From the NCBI GenBank assembly GCA_947178165.1, contig CAMWXH010000001.1, positions 44,266-108,265 of the forward strand: 64,000 nucleotides of DNA. The letters are read 5' to 3'. The position numbers and the translations under genes are program-made. The DNA comes from an uncultured Porphyromonadaceae bacterium. Lineage in GTDB: Bacteria > Bacteroidota > Bacteroidia > Bacteroidales > Muribaculaceae. Positions within the stretch are counted from its first letter, which is position 1. Each line of letters opens with the position of its first letter. Below the pieces are notes generated by a model that saw only the letters and a program-made list of their open reading frames with translations, was not told where the DNA came from and made no database searches. Of the stretch, positions 57,303 to 64,000 are shown in pieces.

Positions 57303-60300
57303 ATGCGAATCTTAACCACAGACAAAATCGTTGCCGGCGCGATAGCCCTTCTTTCAGCAGGGTTCACTGCAGGAGCAACTCAAGTTGGCAGTTTCCGTTA
57401 TGATGCTGGAGCGAATGCCTTTACCTCCGGCCAAGGGGGAACCGCCATGCCGATCACAGGAAACTTCGGCACAATGACAGTCAAGGGATCAACATCAGAG
57501 TCACAGGCTTGGCGCACGGATGGTTTCACTTCACGTGCCGCCGCGCGCCTTGGAAATTTGGTTGACGGTAACCAGATGAGCGCTTCGTTGCGTTTTGCCA
57601 TAGATACATATCCTATCATCGGTCACGAAAGGGCTGAAATCAGTAATGAAAATATTCAGGTTGACATTGCCGGATGCCTTGATGAAGGAGCTCGCAGCGG
57701 CTTCGCCTTCACGATAGGGCGCACCGGACGTTATGCCGCCCGGGTTTATGTGGGGAATCAGTTGGTCACAGTGGAAGGCAGCGGCATAATCCCTCTTTGG
57801 GAATGGACAGAGCTCACCCTTACTGTTGACGGAACCAAAGTTACCCTCTATCGCAATGGTGTTGAGGCGGGTTCCGCGAATGCTTCCTCAATAGGCGTAA
57901 AGGTAGGCGATTCAGAGCTTCATTTCGCTCTCGGCGATAGAAGAGACCAGCTCGGAGGTGCCGAGATCTGCGGCATCAATGGCGCTTACGAATCTCTTGT
58001 GATCGATAACACTGCAACCGTTCCCGCTTTCACGCCGGTATATGCCGAATTGTCAATCCCGGCAAGCCGTTATGCCAACGACCGCCTGAGGGCGCGTTTC
58101 CACGGCATGCCAGGCCAGAACTGGACAAATGAAACTCACGGACTCTTTTATAACACGAAAGATGGGAAATATCACGCATTCTTCCAGCGCACCGGTTCTG
58201 CCCCTATTATGAGTCATCAGCACTGGGGACACATCGTTTCCGACGATATGATCACCTGGCAGGATGATAAGCCGGTTCTCGCTCCGAGCGAGCCTTACGA
58301 TATCAAGGGATGCTGGTCAGGTTGTGTCTTTGCCGACCCCGAATTTAACGGAGGCAATCCCACTATCCTATATACGGGAGTTGATTTTGCCAAACCTTAC
58401 GTGGCAACCGCCTATTGTGATGATCCGGTGAATATGCGTCAATGGCATAAGGATCCCTCAAATCCCCTTGATATTTTCGGAGACATAGGCGACGGCCGCG
58501 ACACATATTTCTATCGTGACGGCGACAATGCATATTTCCTTATCGGTTCGAAAGATGCCGTTCACTATTATAAATGGGGTGATGGAAAATGGAACTATAA
58601 GGGAGAATTTTACCACACGCAGGATGGCGTGGATAACGGTCACAACACCGAGATGCCCAATGTCACTAATATGGGCTACGATCAGTGGCTGATGACCACT
58701 TCTCCTCTCGCGGGGAAGTATGGCACCACTTGCCTCTATCGTGTCGGAACGCTTGATGATGGCAAATTTGTGGATTATGGCGAGGCCAAGAAGGTGGATC
58801 TCTTCGGGATTCAGGGCTATGGCCTTCTCTCTCCCTCTGTTGGCAGAACTCCCGACGGACGCATTGTTGCAATGGGTATCGTTCCCGACAAGATGCCTAC
58901 ACAAGTGAACATCGATCTCGGCTATGCTCACCTTTATTCCTTGCCTCGCGAATGGCGACTCGTTGACGGCGACCTTTATCAGGCTCCGGCGAGGGAGATT
59001 TTTGAATATCGTGACAAGGAGAGCAAGTTTGAGCTTAAGGATGTTGAACTTGAAGGGACTCGTTCGCTTGAAACTGTCCGCGGACGTTCTGCTGAGGTAA
59101 GCGCAACTTTCGTTGTCGGAAACTCACCCTTCGGCATAAACTTCCTGAAAAATTCAAAAGGGAAGGGAGGAAAATTAATCTATAATCCTGCCAATGGTGA
59201 ATTGAAGGTTGATTTCGGTTCCTTGCCTCGCCTTCAGGATGACATGAACATCAATTCATTCTCGGCAGTGTTGCCGGAACGTCCGGAGGAGGGAGAGGAG
59301 ATGAACATTCATTTCTTCATTGACCGTTCAATAATCGACATATTCGTCAATAGTCATTATGCCGCCTCAGTCCGCGTTTATCCCACAGACAATGCTTCCG
59401 ACCTTATAGAAGTCTTCGCTGACGGCAAGACCACCCTCCGGAGCCTCGAAGCTTACTTGCTCGGCAAAGGCGGCGACACCTACGGCAACCCTGTCGTGGC
59501 TGCTAAGCCGGAGGTGCTTGAAACAACCGGAAAAGTGGCGCTCTATGTGGGCTATGAAAGCGTTGCCGAGATGACAAAAGATGACAAGAATATCGATGTT
59601 CATGAGGAGAAGGCCGTATATGATTATTTCGTGAGCAAATTCCCTACAGGTAAAGTCCTCTTCTCAGGCGATGTTGATAAGATAAATGCTTCTGACTTTG
59701 ATTGCCTTTGGGTGGCATGCGACCGTCCCGGGCTTGAAAAGGGATGGCAGAATCTGCCGGAAGCTTTCTCGAATAAGAAGTTTGTGACCAAACTCAAAGA
59801 GTATTCAGCACAGGGCGGTAACCTTTACCTCACTAAGTTTGCCGGCCAGCTCGTGAATGCCATCGGCCGCACAAATGATGAGCCTGACGTGTTCTCCTCG
59901 GGCGACGGCGATATGAAGGATGATGAATGGAGCATGCAGGTGATGCCATACGGCGACAAGAACGAGTCGGCCATCTTCAACGGTCTCTCCGCTATCCGCG
60001 ACGACGGTTATGCTTACGTGCTTCCACTCATGAGCGGCACCCATCACCGCGATGACCACAATTGCCTTTGGGATCTGAACAACTTTGGCGGCGCCGATGG
60101 TTTCATGGCCCGCAACAATGCAGAGATTCTCGGAACCTGGGGTCATAATGGGGGCGAGAATGGAGCCGGATTCATTGAATTCCGTCCAGTGCAGACCCGT
60201 TCAGCCGACCCCGAAATTATCAAGCAGCGCAAAGGAACTGTAATCGTCAATGGCCTTGCGGCCTACGAATGGGCGCAGACCGACGGATATAACGATTCTC

Positions 60301-61418
60301 ATCAGAATATCCTCGATCTCACCACCAATGTGATAATGTATCTTTCACCAGTGGCTGAGGGCGGCTCCGGTGTTGAGCCGGGAGAGGATCCCGAGACTCC
60401 CGAGCCCGTAGTCACTCCCGAGCCTACTCCCGAGGTGCTTGAATCGACCAACCGCGTTGCTCTCTATTTAGGATATGACAATTATGCTGAAATGGTGGCT
60501 GACGATAAGAATCCGGATATGCACGAGGCCAAGGCCGCATACGATTATTTCTCAGAAACCTTCCCCGAAGGCTCAATCCTCTTTGCCGGCGATGCTGAAA
60601 GAATAACTGCCGAGAATTTCGATTGCGTTTGGATCACTTGCGACCGTCCCGGAATTGAACAAGGATGGAGAAACCTTCCTGTGGCTTATTCCAATGACCG
60701 TTTGATCGACCTTCTCAGAACTTACAATGCACAGGGAGGTAATCTCTATCTCTCCAAGTTCGCCACTCAGCTTGTCAATGCCATCGGGCGAACGGATGAA
60801 GAGCCCAACGTGTTCTCCTCAGGCGAGGGGGAGATAAAGGATGATGTCTGGAGCATGAACATAGTTCATTATGGCAACGACTGGAGCCGGCACGCCATCT
60901 TCACCGACCTTCCGTATGAGGAGGCAGATTATGGCAAGCTTGTCTATCTGATGAGCGGACGGCATCACCGCGACGACCACAACTGCCTGTGGGATGTGAA
61001 CAATGCCGGAGAAGACTTCATGATGCGCAACAACGCTCGCATCCTCGGAACGTGGGGACATAACGGCGGCCAGACGGGTGCCGGACTCATCGAATTCCTC
61101 CCACGCGCCACACGCGCCACAACTCCCGATGAGATTGCACGTCGCAAAGGGACAATCATTGTCAATGGCCTTGCCGCTTACGAATGGGCGCAGACCGACG
61201 GAAAGAATGAGTCGCACCGAAACATTGTTAGTCTCACCTCCAACATTATCAAGTATCTTTCGCCTGTGGAGGATCTCGGAACAGGTGTTGGCCTTGATGC
61301 GGCTCCCGTAAATGAGGAAGTGATCTATTTCAATCTTCAGGGTGTACGCGTGATCAATCCTTCAAACGGAATCTTCATCCGCGTCAAGAACGGCAAGACT
61401 GAAAAGATAATAATGTAA
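57303..61418 (+). CDS. Multidomain glycoside hydrolase family 32 (fructanase-like): LamG-like N-domain, GH32 catalytic plus beta-sandwich, two tandem approximately 300-aa modules, and a T9SS-like tail
   Basis: The GH32 blocks align with canonical ones: NWTNETHGLFY..YHAFFQ, WGHIVSDDMITW, WSGCVF, GRDTYF, TEMPNV, SLPREW. The C-terminus YFNLQGVRVINPSNGIFIRVKNGKTEKIIM resembles a T9SS CTD. Confidence 0.85.
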   Translation: MRILTTDKIVAGAIALLSAGFTAGATQVGSFRYDAGANAFTSGQGGTAMPITGNFGTMTVKGSTSESQAWRTDGFTSRAAARLGNLVDGNQMSASLRFAIDTYPIIGHERAEISNENIQVDIAGCLDEGARSGFAFTIGRTGRYAARVYVGNQLVTVEGSGIIPLWEWTELTLTVDGTKVTLYRNGVEAGSANASSIGVKVGDSELHFALGDRRDQLGGAEICGINGAYESLVIDNTATVPAFTPVYAELSIPASRYANDRLRARFHGMPGQNWTNETHGLFYNTKDGKYHAFFQRTGSAPIMSHQHWGHIVSDDMITWQDDKPVLAPSEPYDIKGCWSGCVFADPEFNGGNPTILYTGVDFAKPYVATAYCDDPVNMRQWHKDPSNPLDIFGDIGDGRDTYFYRDGDNAYFLIGSKDAVHYYKWGDGKWNYKGEFYHTQDGVDNGHNTEMPNVTNMGYDQWLMTTSPLAGKYGTTCLYRVGTLDDGKFVDYGEAKKVDLFGIQGYGLLSPSVGRTPDGRIVAMGIVPDKMPTQVNIDLGYAHLYSLPREWRLVDGDLYQAPAREIFEYRDKESKFELKDVELEGTRSLETVRGRSAEVSATFVVGNSPFGINFLKNSKGKGGKLIYNPANGELKVDFGSLPRLQDDMNINSFSAVLPERPEEGEEMNIHFFIDRSIIDIFVNSHYAASVRVYPTDNASDLIEVFADGKTTLRSLEAYLLGKGGDTYGNPVVAAKPEVLETTGKVALYVGYESVAEMTKDDKNIDVHEEKAVYDYFVSKFPTGKVLFSGDVDKINASDFDCLWVACDRPGLEKGWQNLPEAFSNKKFVTKLKEYSAQGGNLYLTKFAGQLVNAIGRTNDEPDVFSSGDGDMKDDEWSMQVMPYGDKNESAIFNGLSAIRDDGYAYVLPLMSGTHHRDDHNCLWDLNNFGGADGFMARNNAEILGTWGHNGGENGAGFIEFRPVQTRSADPEIIKQRKGTVIVNGLAAYEWAQTDGYNDSHQNILDLTTNVIMYLSPVAEGGSGVEPGEDPETPEPVVTPEPTPEVLESTNRVALYLGYDNYAEMVADDKNPDMHEAKAAYDYFSETFPEGSILFAGDAERITAENFDCVWITCDRPGIEQGWRNLPVAYSNDRLIDLLRTYNAQGGNLYLSKFATQLVNAIGRTDEEPNVFSSGEGEIKDDVWSMNIVHYGNDWSRHAIFTDLPYEEADYGKLVYLMSGRHHRDDHNCLWDVNNAGEDFMMRNNARILGTWGHNGGQTGAGLIEFLPRATRATTPDEIARRKGTIIVNGLAAYEWAQTDGKNESHRNIVSLTSNIIKYLSPVEDLGTGVGLDAAPVNEEVIYFNLQGVRVINPSNGIFIRVKNGKTEKIIM
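59515..61275 (+). repeat. Internal tandem duplication of an approximately 300-aa module (DUF4960-like as recalled) within the GH32 protein
   Basis: The modules start at VALYVGYESVAEMTKDDKN and VALYLGYDNYAEMVADDKN. Both contain HHRDDHNCLWD and ILGTWGHNGG. The period is about 918 bp, and a PE/PT-rich linker separates them. Confidence 0.85.
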
Positions 61419-61512
61419 ATTAGGATAATGATATTAGTGCCATAGGCACATAAAATATTCATAAAGGTAAAAAATCTGAATGTTAAGGTAAATGAGTTAA
61501 GTTAAAAGGTAG

Positions 61513-61550
61513 AGAAGGAGAGGCCGTGAGGTTTCTCCTTTCTTATTTTT
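61513..61550 (+). terminator. Intrinsic terminator after the GH32 gene
   Basis: The hairpin agaaGGAGAggccgtgaggttTCTCCtttct is followed by ttattttt. Confidence 0.6.
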
Positions 61551-61626
61551 AATAACGTATTCTCAGATAAGGAATCTTATGTTTTATAACATATTCTCAG
61601 ATAAGAAAATATTGGAAATTTAATTG

Positions 61627-61634
61627 TAATTTTG
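61627..61634 (+). promoter_or_regulatory. -7 box TAatTTTG for the amylase gene
   Basis: taattttg lies about 110 nt upstream of the ATG at 61745. Confidence 0.4.
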
Positions 61635-61744
61635 CACCGAGTAGCATCATACGGCATATAAAGTGATGTGAATTGCACCAAATTCTTTATCTACTCTGTT
61701 TTCCAACTGAAAAACATAATAAATGCTTAACTAAATATTTACTC

Positions 61745-64000
61745 ATGAAGAAAAAACTTCTTTACAGTCTGCTGTTTGGAATGTTTGCAATTCCGAGTGT
61801 GTTCGGTGCTGACTACGGTCTGCCCTCCGGAATCCAGGAAGGAAACATTCTCCACTGCTTCGACTGGAAATTTAGCGACATTACAGCGGCTCTCCCCTCA
61901 ATTGCCGAGGCCGGCTTTGGCGCTATTCAGGTGAGTCCCGTGCAGGGAAACTGTCAGGTGAATGCCGAATGGTTCTATGCCTATATGCCTTACGATTTTG
62001 TGTTCAAGGCCAACGGCAATGGTACTCGCCAGCAACTTCAGACATTGTGTGAGAAGGCCGCTGAGTACGGGATCAAGATCATCGTTGACGTTGTAGCAAA
62101 TCATGTTAATCAGGCATCGGGCTATCACGACCCCTGGTGGGATAGCAATGGTAGGGTACGTTGGAATGGAGGATGCGATTACAACAACCGCTATTCAATT
62201 ACTCACAACCAGCTCGGTGAATATGGGGACGTCAATTCGGAGGCGGCCGAAGTGCAAGCTCGCGCAAAGGCTTTCATCACCGACTTGAAGAGCCTCGGAG
62301 TGAAAGGAATCCGCTGGGATGCAGCCAAGCATATCGGTCTTCCTTCGGAGGGGTGTAATTTCTGGTCGGAGATGGCTTCTGTGGCCGGATTGTGGCATTA
62401 TGGTGAAATCCTTGACGGCCCAGGTGGAGACAAGTATAAGTTATTGAAGGAATACACCAAATATATCGGAGTGACCGACTCAGAATATTCGAAATGGACT
62501 TTGAATGAGATTGAGTCAGGACGTGTGCCCTCTGGATCCGGTTCGTGGACGGCGAACGGTGTAGATGGTGCAGCTGTCGTGCTGTGGGCAGAGAGCCACG
62601 ATGACTATTCTAACGATGGACAGTACGGAAAGAACACGGCACTCGTTTCTCAGGATAAGATAGATCGTGCTTGGGCAATTACAGCATGTCGTAAGAATGA
62701 AACCTCCCTATATTTCTCTCGTCCGTCGAAAACAAGGCGCGTGGAAATTAAGATGGGAGAGAAAGGTTCGACCCATTTCACGTCAAAGCAGATTGCGGAA
62801 GTGAATAAGTTCCGCAACGCCATGGTGGGCAAGGACGAATATTATTCGCATTCCGGCAGCGTTGCCTGCGTGACCCGCAAGGATGGAGGTGCGGTAATCG
62901 TGAATGCCAACGGCTCGGGAAATATCTCGATTTCTAACGGCGGCGGCTACTGTCCTGCCGGTACATATACTGACCGTGTGTCAGGTGGCACATTCACTGT
63001 TACGGCCTCTACTATCAGCGGTAACGTTGGTTCGAGCGGTATCGCTGTCATCTATAACGACGGCATCACTCCGAATCCTAACCCCAACCCGAATCCTAAC
63101 CCCAACCCGGATCCGACTCCCGATCCTGTTCCCGATGGTGATATGTGGATTCTCGGAAATCTTGAAGGTGCTGCCGGTTGGGGATCCGCTGGTCCCGGCA
63201 CAGGAGCGGCAATGACGCTTACAGATGGCAACTACGTTGCAAAGAGCGTTACGCTTGCATTGCCTGATGCAAAGGCAACCACTTGTTATTTAAATCTGAC
63301 CGACTATGTGGGAGCTACATGGGATGACCTCAATATGATGGCCAATCGCTATGGCGCAACAACAGAGGGTGTGACAATAACTCCCGGTACTCCGGTTGCC
63401 GTGACAAAGTATGCAAACAATGTGGATGCTTCAGCTTGTAAATCGTGGACAATCGCTCCGGGCACATACGATTTCACATTCAACCCGACTGCAATGACCC
63501 TGACTGTAGTCAATGCAGGTGACGCTCCTAATCCTAACCCCAATCCCAATCCGAACCCTGATCCAGATCCGACTCCTGATTCAGGGCATTATATCTATTT
63601 CGATGGAACAAGCTTTACGCAGCCTATGGTGTATGCATGGATTGATGATAATAATATCATCTCTGCTGCATGGGGTGGTGATAAAATGATCAGAAAGGAC
63701 AATAAATGGTATTGGGAAGTTCCAAGCGGAAAGGCTGTGCCTAATATGGTTATTATTCACGAAGGTAACAATAAGATTGGTAACGGTGATTTAACATACG
63801 TGGATAAGGCAACATATCATCAGGATGGAACTTATTCAACCGGCAGTGATCCTAATCCCAACCCCAACCCGACTCCGGATCCTGTTCCCGATGGTGAAAT
63901 GTATGTGATCGGTGACCTTGACAATGGTCACTGGGATACAACCAAGGGTGTTGCCATGACGACAACCGGTGGTAAGTTGGTTGCGAAAAATGTTAAGCTT
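61745..64000 (+). CDS. GH13 alpha-amylase with Pro/Asn-rich linkers and C-terminal beta-sandwich/starch-binding-like modules (3' partial, runs off the window)
   Basis: My own translation from the ATG at 61745 is open for 752 codons to the window end. It has a signal peptide and GH13 regions DVVANH, GIRWDAAKH, GEILD and WAESHD. It is absent from the ORF track because there is no stop codon within the window. Confidence 0.9.
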   Translation, partial: MKKKLLYSLLFGMFAIPSVFGADYGLPSGIQEGNILHCFDWKFSDITAALPSIAEAGFGAIQVSPVQGNCQVNAEWFYAYMPYDFVFKANGNGTRQQLQTLCEKAAEYGIKIIVDVVANHVNQASGYHDPWWDSNGRVRWNGGCDYNNRYSITHNQLGEYGDVNSEAAEVQARAKAFITDLKSLGVKGIRWDAAKHIGLPSEGCNFWSEMASVAGLWHYGEILDGPGGDKYKLLKEYTKYIGVTDSEYSKWTLNEIESGRVPSGSGSWTANGVDGAAVVLWAESHDDYSNDGQYGKNTALVSQDKIDRAWAITACRKNETSLYFSRPSKTRRVEIKMGEKGSTHFTSKQIAEVNKFRNAMVGKDEYYSHSGSVACVTRKDGGAVIVNANGSGNISISNGGGYCPAGTYTDRVSGGTFTVTASTISGNVGSSGIAVIYNDGITPNPNPNPNPNPNPDPTPDPVPDGDMWILGNLEGAAGWGSAGPGTGAAMTLTDGNYVAKSVTLALPDAKATTCYLNLTDYVGATWDDLNMMANRYGATTEGVTITPGTPVAVTKYANNVDASACKSWTIAPGTYDFTFNPTAMTLTVVNAGDAPNPNPNPNPNPDPDPTPDSGHYIYFDGTSFTQPMVYAWIDDNNIISAAWGGDKMIRKDNKWYWEVPSGKAVPNMVIIHEGNNKIGNGDLTYVDKATYHQDGTYSTGSDPNPNPNPTPDPVPDGEMYVIGDLDNGHWDTTKGVAMTTTGGKLVAKNVKL
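63071..63133 (+). repeat. PNPNPNP-type linker with an 18-bp tandem duplication; similar linkers occur at 63527-63580 and 63848-63889
   Basis: ccgaatcctaaccccaac occurs twice in tandem. The linkers separate the modules of the amylase. Confidence 0.85.

Noticed and set aside
1-64000. rRNA, tRNA, tmRNA, riboswitch, integrase or prophage signatures
   Set aside because: The intergenic regions are short or AT-rich, and I saw no cloverleaf-like GC-rich segments or conserved riboswitch cores. A tRNAscan/Infernal run would be needed to exclude them formally.

Overview
This looks like a 64-kb chromosomal segment from a Bacteroidota (Bacteroidales-like) genome. Supporting this are TAnnTTTG -7 promoter boxes 16-27 nt, or in some cases 60-200 nt, upstream of start codons, and the absence of Shine-Dalgarno sites. 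The gene content also fits: a hybrid two-component system (HTCS), Mfa-type pilins, T9SS-like C-terminal tails, and an ECF sigma / TonB transducer / DUF4249 cluster. From left to right the window holds the following. (1) Two tandem AAA-ATPase/PD-(D/E)XK paralogs with mosaic identity. (2) A complete de novo pyrimidine gene set: pyrC-pyrK-pyrD-pyrF-pyrE-pyrB on the minus strand and carA-carB on the plus strand. The two arms are separated by a LytTR two-component system, a lipoprotein gene and an Rpn-like nuclease gene. pyrB carries a fused PyrI zinc domain. (3) An ECF sigma / short anti-sigma / STN-TonB transducer / DUF4249 cluster. (4) A low-GC accessory island at about 26.1-34.9 kb. It contains two paralogous outer-membrane barrel genes, a TPR-HTH membrane regulator, small secreted proteins, remnants of a peptide-exporter ABC/HlyD pair, and a second Rpn-like nuclease. 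(5) The housekeeping genes ybeY, mnmG, apt and uvrC. (6) A BT1754-type HTCS with a periplasmic sugar-binding domain. (7) A six-gene Mfa-like (type V) pilus operon whose fifth gene encodes a 2,293-aa giant secreted protein with a T9SS-like tail, followed by a translationally coupled DUF1573 gene. (8) A 1,371-aa GH32 enzyme with non-canonical catalytic motifs, two tandem approximately 300-aa modules and a T9SS tail. (9) A multimodular GH13 alpha-amylase that runs off the window end and is missing from the ORF track. I recognised no rRNA, tRNA, CRISPR array, integrase or classical transposase. All family assignments come from motif recognition by eye and need HMM or structure confirmation.
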